From an uncultured Candidatus Rokubacteria bacterium (GTDB taxonomy: Bacteria; Methylomirabilota; Methylomirabilia; Rokubacteriales; DASRDR01), in NCBI GenBank assembly GCA_963805625.1, contig CAWDVE010000021.1, forward strand, positions 192,001-256,000: a stretch of DNA of 64,000 nucleotides, given 5' to 3'. Of this stretch, positions 1 through 7,971 are shown piece by piece. Made by a program: the position numbers and the translations under genes. The stretch's first letter is position 1. The number at the start of each line of letters is the position of its first letter. The notes beneath the pieces were generated by a model, which saw only the letters and a program-made list of their open reading frames with translations, was not told the origin of the DNA and made no database searches.

Positions 1-169
1 GCGACACCACCACGGCACCGGCCACCCCCAGCACCCCGGTGGCCGCGAGAACACCCGGGCGGGCTCCCCGGGGCGTCGCGTCGAGGAGCAGGCAGGCGAA
101 GCACGCGACGGTCACGAGCAGGACCGGATAGAGGGCCGGCCAGTCGAGGGTCGGGAGTCCCGCCGTCAC
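1..169 (-). CDS. nuoN: NADH-quinone oxidoreductase subunit N, 5' part only (runs off window)
   Basis: GTG at 169 overlaps the nuoM TGA (GTGA); reads MTAGLPTLDWPALYPVLLVTVACFACLLLD..., hydrophobic; lies downstream of nuoL-nuoM. Confidence 0.75.
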   Translation of the reverse strand, partial: MTAGLPTLDWPALYPVLLVTVACFACLLLDATPRGARPGVLAATGVLGVAGAVVVS

Positions 170-1686
170 CGCGGCGCCGTTTCCCCGAGCGTGCGCCACG
201 CCGTCGACGCGGGCGCCCGCTTGTCGCGCACGACCTGGAGGAGCTCGGCCACCGCCGTCTCCGTCACGGCCGTGAAGGGCTTCGGGTAGATCCCGATCCA
301 CACGATCAGGACGAGGATCGGGACGAGCGTCCAGATCTCTCGCGCGTTGAGATCGGGCAGCCGCCGATTCTCCTCGTGACGCACCTCCCCGAAGACGACG
401 CGCTGGTACATCCAGAGGAGGTACACGGCGGCGAAGACGATCCCGACGGTCCCGAGGACTGCCGCCGGGGGACTCCACTGGAACGCCCCCACCAGGATCA
501 GGAATTCGCCCACGAAACCGTTGAGGCCCGGGAGCCCGATGGACGAGAACATCACCACCAAGAGGATGGCCGAGAACACGGGGACGACGGCCCAGAGCCC
601 CCCGAAGTCGGCGATCAGACGCGAATGCCGCCGCTCGTAGATCATGCCGATCAGGAGAAAGAGCGCGCCGGTCGAGAGCCCGTGGTTGACCATCTGGAGG
701 ATGCCGCCCACGAGCCCCTGGGGCGTGAAGGTGAAGAGCCCGAGCATCACGAAGCCGAGGTGGCTGACGGACGAGTAGGCGATGAGCTTCTTCATGTCGG
801 CCTGGACGGTCGACACCCACGCGCCGTAGAGAATGCCCGTCAGCGCCAGCACCACGATCACGGGCGCCAGGCGCACCGCCGCGTCGGGGAAGAGCGGCAG
901 GCCGAAGCGGAGGAATCCGTAGGTGCCCATTTTGAGGAGCACGCCCGCCAGGATCACGCTGCCCGCCGTGGGCGCCTCGACGTGGGCGTCGGGGAGCCAC
1001 GTGTGGAACGGGACCATGGGCACCTTGATCGCGAAGGCGAGCGCAAAGGCCAGGAAGAGCGGCACCTGGAGCCGCGGGTCGATGCGGAGCTGCATCACGG
1101 CGGCATAGTCGAACGACGCGGCGCGCGCGTCCTGCAGGAAGTAGAGCGCCAGGATGGCCAGGAGCATGAGCGCGGACCCGGCCATCGTGTAGAGGATGAA
1201 CTTCACCGCCGCGTAGACGCGGCGGGGTCCGCCCCAGACCCCGATGATCAGGTACATCGGGACCAGCATCGCTTCCCAGAAAACGAAGAAGAGGAAGAGG
1301 TCGAGCGCCACGAAGACGCCGAGCATCCCCGTCTCGAGGAGGCACATGGCGACCAGGAACTCCTTCACGCGCGTGGTGATCTGCGTCCAGGCGGATAGGA
1401 GGCAGAGCGGCGTGAGGAGGGTCGTCAAGAGCACGAGGAGCAGGCTGATGCCGTCCACCCCGAGGTGGTAGCTGATCCCGGCCCCGGGAATCCACGCGCG
1501 CTGCTCGACGAACTGCATGCCCGGCCGGACGCGGTCGAAGCCGATCCAGAGAAGGCCCGAGACCAGGAACGTGACCGTCGTGACGGCGAGCGCGACCTGC
1601 CGCAGCCGGCGGGTGTCCCGGCGATCCAGGAGGAGGAGGGCGGCCGCCCCCAGGGTCGGCAGCCAGACCAGCGTGCTCAGCAGCAC
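166..1686 (-). CDS. nuoM: NADH-quinone oxidoreductase subunit M
   Basis: Motifs FFVFWEAMLVPMY, KVPMVPFHTWLPDAHVEAPTAGSVILAGVLLKMGTYG, LIAYSSVSHLG; start moved to GTG 1686 behind an AGGA RBS. Confidence 0.95.
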   Translation of the reverse strand: MLLSTLVWLPTLGAAALLLLDRRDTRRLRQVALAVTTVTFLVSGLLWIGFDRVRPGMQFVEQRAWIPGAGISYHLGVDGISLLLVLLTTLLTPLCLLSAWTQITTRVKEFLVAMCLLETGMLGVFVALDLFLFFVFWEAMLVPMYLIIGVWGGPRRVYAAVKFILYTMAGSALMLLAILALYFLQDARAASFDYAAVMQLRIDPRLQVPLFLAFALAFAIKVPMVPFHTWLPDAHVEAPTAGSVILAGVLLKMGTYGFLRFGLPLFPDAAVRLAPVIVVLALTGILYGAWVSTVQADMKKLIAYSSVSHLGFVMLGLFTFTPQGLVGGILQMVNHGLSTGALFLLIGMIYERRHSRLIADFGGLWAVVPVFSAILLVVMFSSIGLPGLNGFVGEFLILVGAFQWSPPAAVLGTVGIVFAAVYLLWMYQRVVFGEVRHEENRRLPDLNAREIWTLVPILVLIVWIGIYPKPFTAVTETAVAELLQVVRDKRAPASTAWRTLGETAPR

Positions 1687-1696
1687 GGCGGTCCTG

Positions 1697-3580
1697 TCAT
1701 CGTGGCCAGAGGAACCACCCCAGGAGCGCCACGACGCCAACCAGCATCGAGAGCGCGTAGTTCATCACGAAGCCGGTCTGGTAGCGCCGGAGCCGTCCCG
1801 CCGCCCGCTCGACCACCGTCGCGACGCCGTTCACCGCGCCGTCGATCACGCCCACGTCGAACGCCTCGGCGCACCACCGCGAGAGCGCGAGGATCGGCCG
1901 GACGATCGTCCGGTCGTAGAGCTCGTCGACGTAGTACTTGTGGAGGAGGAGGTGATGGACCCCGTTCTGGGCCACGCCGACCTTCGCGAGATCCGCCCGC
2001 CCGCGGACGTACATCGCCCAGGCGACCACGAGGCCGGCCAGGGCGGCGGCGACCGATACCGCCATCAGCGCCCAGGCGGGACCGTGGTGGCCGCCCGCGC
2101 CCTCGTGGTCTCCGGCCAGCACGGGCGCGAGGAAGCGCCCGATCGCCGATCCGTGCTCTCCGGGCAAGCCCCACACGCCCGCCCCCGCGGCGAGCACCGC
2201 CAGGATGGCGAGGGGGATCGTCATGACCGGCGGCGACTCGTGCGCGTGGTGCGCCACGTCGTGGTCGACTCGGGACCGGCCCAGAAAGGCGAGGAAGACG
2301 AGCCGCCACATGTAGAAGGCCGTCAGCGCCGAGCCCACCAACCCGAGGGCGAAGATCGCGGGCTTCCCGGCGAAGAACGCGCCCGCAAGGATCTCGTCCT
2401 TCGAGAAGAAGCCCGAGAACGGCGGCAGCCCCGAGATCGCCACGGTGGCGATCAGCATGGTGTACCAGGTGACCGGGAGCGTCCGCGCGAGGCCGCCCAT
2501 CTTCCGGAGGTCCTGCTCGCCCGAGAGCGCGTGGATGACCGACCCGGCCCCGAGGAACAGGAGGGCCTTGAAGAACGCGTGAGTGACCAGATGGTAGACG
2601 CCCGCCGTGTACGCCCCCACGCCGACGCCGACGAACATGTAGCCCAGCTGGCTCACCGTCGAGTAGGCCAGCACGCGCTTGATGTCGGTCTGGACGAGCC
2701 CGATCGTGGCGGCGAAGACCGCGGTCAGCACGCCGACCCAGGCGACCACGTCGAGGGCGACGCCCGACCTCTCGAAGAGCGCGTGGGCGCGTGCCACGAG
2801 ATACACGCCGGCGGTCACCATGGTCGCCGCGTGGATCAGGGCTGAGACCGGCGTCGGGCCCTCCATCGCGTCCGGGAGCCAGGTGTGGAGCGGCAGCTGC
2901 GCCGACTTCCCGCAGGCCCCCAGGAAGAGGAGCAGGCTGATGGCGGTGGCGGTCCCGACGGCCAGGGTCGGCGCCTTCGCGAACACCTCTGCGTACTCGA
3001 GGGTCCCCACCGTCGTCCAGAGCAGCATGATGCCGAGGGCGAACCCGCAGTCGCCCACCCGGTTGACGATGAACGCCTTCTTCCCCGCGTTCGCGGCGGA
3101 CTCCCGGCGGTACCAGAACCCGATCAAGAGGTAGCTGCAGAGCCCGACCGCCTCCCAGAAGACGTAGAGGAGGAGGAAGTTCCCGGCCAGCACCAGCATG
3201 ATCATCGAGAAGACGAAGAGATTCAGATAGGTGAAGAAGCGCGGGTAGTCGGGGTCCTCGTGCATGTAACCGATCGAGTAGACGTGGATGAGGAACCCGA
3301 CGCCGGTCACGACCAGCAGCATCACGGCCGAGAGCTGGTCGAGCTGGAGCGTCACGGGGGCGCGGAAGGTCCCGGCGACAATCCAGTCGAAGAGTGTGCC
3401 CGTGAAGGTCTCGTGCCCCCGCCAGACCCGGAGGAAGGCGAGCAGCGCCACGCCGAAGGCCAGGCCGACGGCGGGAGCCGCCACCCAGTGTGCCCGGCGC
3501 CCGAGATGGCGTCCGAAGGCGAGGTTGAGGAGAGCGCCCGCGAGCGGCAGCGCGGGGATCGGCCAGACGAGGTGGATCAT
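1697..3580 (-). CDS. nuoL: NADH-quinone oxidoreductase subunit L
   Basis: GKSAQLPLHTWLPDAMEGPTPVSALIHAATMVTAGVYL, DIKRVLAYSTVSQLGYM, HAFFKALLFL. Confidence 0.96.
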   Translation of the reverse strand: MIHLVWPIPALPLAGALLNLAFGRHLGRRAHWVAAPAVGLAFGVALLAFLRVWRGHETFTGTLFDWIVAGTFRAPVTLQLDQLSAVMLLVVTGVGFLIHVYSIGYMHEDPDYPRFFTYLNLFVFSMIMLVLAGNFLLLYVFWEAVGLCSYLLIGFWYRRESAANAGKKAFIVNRVGDCGFALGIMLLWTTVGTLEYAEVFAKAPTLAVGTATAISLLLFLGACGKSAQLPLHTWLPDAMEGPTPVSALIHAATMVTAGVYLVARAHALFERSGVALDVVAWVGVLTAVFAATIGLVQTDIKRVLAYSTVSQLGYMFVGVGVGAYTAGVYHLVTHAFFKALLFLGAGSVIHALSGEQDLRKMGGLARTLPVTWYTMLIATVAISGLPPFSGFFSKDEILAGAFFAGKPAIFALGLVGSALTAFYMWRLVFLAFLGRSRVDHDVAHHAHESPPVMTIPLAILAVLAAGAGVWGLPGEHGSAIGRFLAPVLAGDHEGAGGHHGPAWALMAVSVAAALAGLVVAWAMYVRGRADLAKVGVAQNGVHHLLLHKYYVDELYDRTIVRPILALSRWCAEAFDVGVIDGAVNGVATVVERAAGRLRRYQTGFVMNYALSMLVGVVALLGWFLWPR

Positions 3581-3652
3581 CCGTGTGCGGCCATCGGGTG
3601 CAGACGCAGCGCGGCCCGGGGCGCGCCCCGGGCCGTCACGACGTGCGCCCTT

Positions 3653-3681
3653 ACCCTAACGGACCCCCCCGGGGGTGTCAA
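3653..3681 (-). promoter_or_regulatory. Sigma-70 promoter for nuoL-M-N
   Basis: TTGACA (3681-3676), 17-nt spacer, TAGGGT (3658-3653); the spacer lies within a near-palindrome GACACCCCCGGGGGGGTC. Confidence 0.6.
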
Positions 3682-3796
3682 GGCGCGTGGCCCAGAAAGG
3701 CTGCCGGAGACCACGGGGTGGCAGAATGCGTAGGCCATCGACCCGCCGGGAGGATACACCGGCCCGTGCCAGGGAGGGCAAGGTGGCCGCTTGACC

Positions 3797-3827
3797 TTGA
3801 CGTCGGCGGACGCGCCGGGCGTATAGT
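3797..3827 (+). promoter_or_regulatory. Putative sigma-70 promoter for the fluoride riboswitch/crcB unit
   Basis: TTGACG (3797-3802), 19-nt spacer, TATAGT (3822-3827), about 10 nt before the aptamer. Confidence 0.55.
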
Positions 3828-3836
3828 CGACGGTAC

Positions 3837-3893
3837 GGGCGATGGGGTTCGCCTCCTGAACCGCCGCCTCCCGAGGCGGCTGATGACTCCTAC
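3837..3893 (+). ncRNA. Fluoride (crcB) riboswitch aptamer
   Basis: GGCGATGGGGTTCGCC...AACCGCC...GGCTGATGACTCCTAC matches the crcB-motif pattern; lies upstream of a Fluc gene. Confidence 0.93.
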
Positions 3894-3918
3894 TGGGTGG
3901 TCCCGGTGGGAGTTTTTT
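3886..3918 (+). terminator. Riboswitch expression-platform intrinsic terminator
   Basis: ACTCCTACTGG pairs with CCGGTGGGAGT and is followed by a T-run; the 5' arm overlaps the aptamer 3' pseudoknot strand. Confidence 0.85.
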
Positions 3919-4130
3919 GTTCCCGGGGGTCGAAATGGGCAGCGTCCCGGGCGTGGCGGCCGGCGAGTCAGGCTCGGGGCGGGCGGGCCGTGGTCGGGCA
4001 CCCGTGGTGGCGGCGGCGCCCGGCGATCGCGTTCGCCACGCGCCCGGCTCCATGGACGACGGCGGGAGCGGCGCGTGGCCGGGCCGCTGGCCCCGTCCAC
4101 CGACCTCGCCCTGAAAGGAGATCCTGCGCC

Positions 4131-4520
4131 GTGCGACTGCTGCTCATCTGTGTGGGGGGCGCCCTTGGGACCGGGTTCCGCTACATCATCTCGGGTGCCA
4201 TGGTCCAGTGGCTTGGCCTGGGGTTCCCCTACGGCACCCTCGCCGTGAACCTGCTGGGGTCGTTCATCATCGGTCTCGTCCAGGAGGTGGGGACAACGAG
4301 CCTGCTGATTCCCGACACGACGCGGCTCTTCCTGACGGTCGGGATCATGGGCGGCCTGACGACGTATTCGACGTTCAGCTACGAGACGGTCCGCCTGATG
4401 GAGACCGCCGCCTGGCATCAGGCCTGGCTCAACGTAGTCATCACGCCGACGGTCTGCCTCACCGCCTGCGTGCTGGGCATCGCGGTGGGCCGCCTGCTGG
4501 TCGGGGTGAAGGGGGTGTGA
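4131..4520 (+). CDS. crcB: Fluoride channel Fluc/CrcB
   Basis: GGALGTGFRY, FPYGTLAVNLLGSFIIG, GIMGGLTTYSTFSYET; GTG 4131 preceded by AAAGGAG. Confidence 0.95.
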   Translation: MRLLLICVGGALGTGFRYIISGAMVQWLGLGFPYGTLAVNLLGSFIIGLVQEVGTTSLLIPDTTRLFLTVGIMGGLTTYSTFSYETVRLMETAAWHQAWLNVVITPTVCLTACVLGIAVGRLLVGVKGV

Positions 4521-4521
4521 C

Positions 4522-4863
4522 ATGCGCAAGCTCGAGGGCGAGCAGATCCTCATGCGGATCTTCATCGGCGAGTCCGACCAGTGGCAGCACCGGCCGCTCT
4601 ACATGGCCCTCATCGAGCTGTTCCGCCGGAACGGGCTCGCCGGCGCGACCGTTTTGAAGGGGGTCGCTGGCTTCGGCGCCCGCTCCCTCGTCCACACGGC
4701 GAGCCTTCTCCGACTGTCCGCCGACCTGCCGCTCGTCGTGGAGGTCGTGGACTCCCAGGCGCACCTCGACAAGGTCCTGCCCGAGATCGACGCCATGATG
4801 GGCGGTGGGCTGGTCACCATGGAGAAGGTCCGCGTCATCCGGTACGAAGCCACCCGCGCCTGA
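4522..4863 (+). CDS. DUF190 (PII-like, UPF0166) protein, copy 1
   Basis: MRIFIGESD...PLY...GLAGATVLKGVAGFG...HTA...LSADLPLVVEVVD; starts 1 nt after crcB. Confidence 0.9.
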   Translation: MRKLEGEQILMRIFIGESDQWQHRPLYMALIELFRRNGLAGATVLKGVAGFGARSLVHTASLLRLSADLPLVVEVVDSQAHLDKVLPEIDAMMGGGLVTMEKVRVIRYEATRA

Positions 4864-4952
4864 CGGCCGGAGCGGCTCGACGGCGACCGCACCGGTGCTA
4901 GAGTGAGCGTGTCGTCGGCCCTCCACCATTCGGCATGCGAAGGACAGCGGCC

Positions 4953-5291
4953 ATGCGCCAGATCGAAGGTGAGCAGGTCCTGGTCCGAATCTACCTCGGG
5001 GAGTGCAAGCGGGTGCACCACCGGCCGCTCTACCGCCAGCTGCTCGAGCTCCTCCGGGAGGAGGGCCTGGCCGGCGCGACGGTCCTCAAGGGGTGGGTCG
5101 GGTACGGACAGGATGGAGTGGTCCACACCGCGAACATCGAGTCCCTCGCCGCCGATCTCCCGGTCGTGATCGAGACGGTGGACACGCCGCAGCACGTCGA
5201 GCAGCTTCTCGGGAAGATCGACGCGCTGATGACCGGCGGGCTGGTGATGACCGAGCGGGCCCACGTGGTCCGCTACCGCCCAGGATCCTAG
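4953..5291 (+). CDS. DUF190 (PII-like) protein, copy 2
   Basis: Clear paralog of copy 1 (VRIYLGEC...PLY...GLAGATVLKGWVGYG...ADLPVVIETVD); ATG 4953 with AAGGA RBS. Confidence 0.88.
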   Translation: MRQIEGEQVLVRIYLGECKRVHHRPLYRQLLELLREEGLAGATVLKGWVGYGQDGVVHTANIESLAADLPVVIETVDTPQHVEQLLGKIDALMTGGLVMTERAHVVRYRPGS

Positions 5292-5358
5292 GGAAGGCCG
5301 GGCCGGCGGGCGACGCGGGACGACATGACTCGGACGATGCCACCCGCCCGGGTGCCCC

Positions 5359-6789
5359 TCAGGTGTCGGCGCCGCCGGTCGTGAGCCCGAGCTGCCGGAG
5401 CTTCTTGCGCAGCGTGTTGCGGTTGATCCCGAGCAGCGCGGCCGCGCGCAGCTGGTTTCCGCCCGTCTCGCGCAGCACCGCGCGCAGGAGCGGCCGCTCC
5501 ACGAGCCCGATCAGAAGGTCGTAGAGGTTCGCGGATTCGCGCCGCCCCAGCCCGTGCACGCACTCGGCGAGTTTCTGCTCGACCAGCTGCTCGAGGGTCC
5601 CGGCCGCGGCCGGGGGCGGCCCCGCGCCCGGGGCGATCGGCAGGTGCTCGGGCAGGATGACCCCGCCCCCCGCCATGACCATCGCGTGCTGGATCACGTT
5701 CTCCAGCTCGCGGACGTTTCCCGGCCAGCCATAGCCCACGAGGCGCTCGAGGGCCTCGGTGGCCACGGCGCGCTCGCCCAGCTCGGTCCCGTACTTCCCG
5801 AGGAAGTGATCCACCAGGAAGGGCACGTCCTCGATCCGCTCCCGGAGCGGGGGCAGGGTGAGCGTGACGACGTTCAGACGGTAGTAGAGGTCCTCGCGGA
5901 AGCGTCCCTCCCGGATGAGGGTCTCCAGATCGCGGTTCGTGGCGGCGACGACGCGGACGTCGACGGGGATGACCTCGCCGCCGCCGATGCGCTCGAGGTG
6001 CCGTTCCTGGAGCACCCGCAGGAGCTTGGGCTGGAGCTCCGGTCCCAGGTCGCCCACCTCATCGAGGTACATGGTGCCGCCGTGCGCCAGCTCGAACCGG
6101 CCGAGGCGGCGCTGGTGGGCATCCGTGAACGCGCCCCGCTCGTGCCCGAAGAGCTCGGACTCGAGAAGTGTCGCCGGGATCGCCGCGCAGGAGACCGCCA
6201 CGAAGGGCTTGCCAGCCCGCCGGCTGTAGTGATGGATCGCGCGCGCGACGACCTCTTTCCCCGTCCCCGACTCCCCGCGCAAGAGGACGGTCACGTCGGT
6301 GCCGGCGATCCGGCCGATGGTCTTGTAGACCTCCTGCATCCGGGCCGACTTGCCGACGAGCGCGCCGAACTCCCAGACCTCCTGGATCCCCGTCCGGAGC
6401 TCGACGACCTCGCGCGCGAGGGCTCGCGCCGAGAGCGCGCGCTCGGCCAGGAGCCGCACCTCGTCGTTGTCGAACGGCTTCGTGAGGTAGTCGTAGGCCC
6501 CGCGCTGCATCGCCTCGACCGCGGAGCGGACGCTTCCGTGGGCCGTCATCACGATCACGGCCGTGTCGGGCGCGGAGGTTCTGAGGCGCGAGAGCACCTC
6601 GAGCCCGTCGACGTCGGGCATCCGCACGTCGACGAACGCCAGGTCGTACGGCTCGGCGCCCGCCCGCGCGAGCGCGCCGGCGCCATCCTCTACGACGGTG
6701 ACCGAGTGGCCCGCCTGACTCAGCACCCGCTCGAGGAGCCACCGCATCGACGGCTCGTCGTCGGCGACGAGGATCCGGGCGGGACTCAT
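5359..6789 (-). CDS. ntrC: Sigma-54-dependent response regulator, NtrC family (REC-AAA+-Fis HTH)
   Basis: ILVADDE receiver, GESGTGKE, ESELFGHERGAFTDA, WPGNVRELEN, LGINRNTLRKK; ATG 6789 overlaps the kinase stop. Confidence 0.85.
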   Translation of the reverse strand: MSPARILVADDEPSMRWLLERVLSQAGHSVTVVEDGAGALARAGAEPYDLAFVDVRMPDVDGLEVLSRLRTSAPDTAVIVMTAHGSVRSAVEAMQRGAYDYLTKPFDNDEVRLLAERALSARALAREVVELRTGIQEVWEFGALVGKSARMQEVYKTIGRIAGTDVTVLLRGESGTGKEVVARAIHHYSRRAGKPFVAVSCAAIPATLLESELFGHERGAFTDAHQRRLGRFELAHGGTMYLDEVGDLGPELQPKLLRVLQERHLERIGGGEVIPVDVRVVAATNRDLETLIREGRFREDLYYRLNVVTLTLPPLRERIEDVPFLVDHFLGKYGTELGERAVATEALERLVGYGWPGNVRELENVIQHAMVMAGGGVILPEHLPIAPGAGPPPAAAGTLEQLVEQKLAECVHGLGRRESANLYDLLIGLVERPLLRAVLRETGGNQLRAAALLGINRNTLRKKLRQLGLTTGGADT

Positions 6790-7967
6790 CGCGGGGCCGC
6801 CGGCGGCTCGGGCCGGAGGGCGCCGCCGGCGGGAGGCCCCGCCGGCGGGCCCCCGCTCGCGGTCGGCGCGATCGGCAGGTAGGCGCTGAAGATCGTCCCC
6901 TTGCCCGGCGTGCTCGCGACGCGGAGGGCGCCGCGGTGCTCGTCGACGATGCGATGCGCCAGAGCCAGGCCGAGCCCGAGCCCCCGGGGCTTCGTGGTCA
7001 CGAATGGATCGAACACGCGATCGAGGAGCTCGGCGGGAATGCCCTCCCCCTCGTCCGTCACCTGGACCTCGACCAGGGGCCGCGGTCCAGCGCCCACGTC
7101 GACGCGCCCGCCGAACACGGTGTCGAGCGACAGGCGCGTCGTGAGGGTGAGCCGCCCGCCCCCGGGCATGGCTTCGATCCCGTTCTGGACCAGGTTCTGG
7201 AACACCTGGACGAGCCGGTCCGCGTCGGCCCACAGCGGCGGAAGGCTGGGGTCGTAGCGGCGCACGAGCTGGACCTCGTGGGCCCGGGCGGCGGGCTCGC
7301 CCAGGAGGGTCACGCGATCGAGCAGCTCGTGAAGATTCACGAACCCGAAAGTGAAGGTCAGCGGCCGCCCGAGATCCAAGAGAGCTTCCATCACGCGGTT
7401 GACACGGTCGATCTCGGCGAGCATGACGCTCACGTGCTCCCGGAATGGGCCGCTCCCCCCGAGCTCGTCCCCCAGAAGCTGGGCGACGCCCCGGATCGCC
7501 CCGAGCGGATTCCGGATCTCGTGCGCGAGGGCGAGCGCCATCTGCCCCAGCGCCGAGAGCCGCTCGCCGCGCCGGACCTCCGCCTCGAGGGCTCGGATCC
7601 GCGACAGATCGCGCAAGACGGCGACCGCGCCGCGAAGGCCGCCGCTCGGGCCGTGGATGGGCGCCGTCAGCACGCTCACCGGGATCGAGCGCCCGTCGAT
7701 CGTCGTGACCTCGGACTCCGGCTCGGCCCGCCCCTCGGCCAGCCGGACCGTCTCACTCAGATGGCGGATCAGCCGCGCCCCGGCGCCCAGGCACTCGGGT
7801 AGGAGCCGCTCGAGCGCGCGCGTCGCCGAGCGCCCGGTGAGCGCCTCGGCGGCACCGTTCCACAGGAAGACGGTGAGGTCGGGCCGCACGCCGATGACCG
7901 CGTCCGGCAGGCTCGCCAGGAGCCGGTCGACCTCGGACATGGGACCGCCGGTACCGCCGGTCGTCAT
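6786..7967 (-). CDS. ntrB: Cytoplasmic PAS sensor histidine kinase, NtrB-like
   Basis: N-terminal PAS-like region, LAHEIRNPLGAIRG H-box, YDPSLP, QVFQNLVQN, FVTTKPRGLGLGL; no transmembrane segment; alternative start at 7940. Confidence 0.8.
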   Translation of the reverse strand: MTTGGTGGPMSEVDRLLASLPDAVIGVRPDLTVFLWNGAAEALTGRSATRALERLLPECLGAGARLIRHLSETVRLAEGRAEPESEVTTIDGRSIPVSVLTAPIHGPSGGLRGAVAVLRDLSRIRALEAEVRRGERLSALGQMALALAHEIRNPLGAIRGVAQLLGDELGGSGPFREHVSVMLAEIDRVNRVMEALLDLGRPLTFTFGFVNLHELLDRVTLLGEPAARAHEVQLVRRYDPSLPPLWADADRLVQVFQNLVQNGIEAMPGGGRLTLTTRLSLDTVFGGRVDVGAGPRPLVEVQVTDEGEGIPAELLDRVFDPFVTTKPRGLGLGLALAHRIVDEHRGALRVASTPGKGTIFSAYLPIAPTASGGPPAGPPAGGALRPEPPAAPR

Positions 7968-7971
7968 GGCG

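Noticed and set aside
1677-1700. ATGA overlap after nuoL giving MTGPPCC*, suggesting a nuoM frameshift or a Sec UGA
   Set aside because: An in-frame GTG at 1686 with an AGGA RBS explains nuoM without recoding
3797-3827. MerR-type operator in the 19-nt spacer (CGGCG-N4-CGCCG)
   Set aside because: A 5-bp GC-only repeat is expected by chance at this GC content and no MerR gene is nearby
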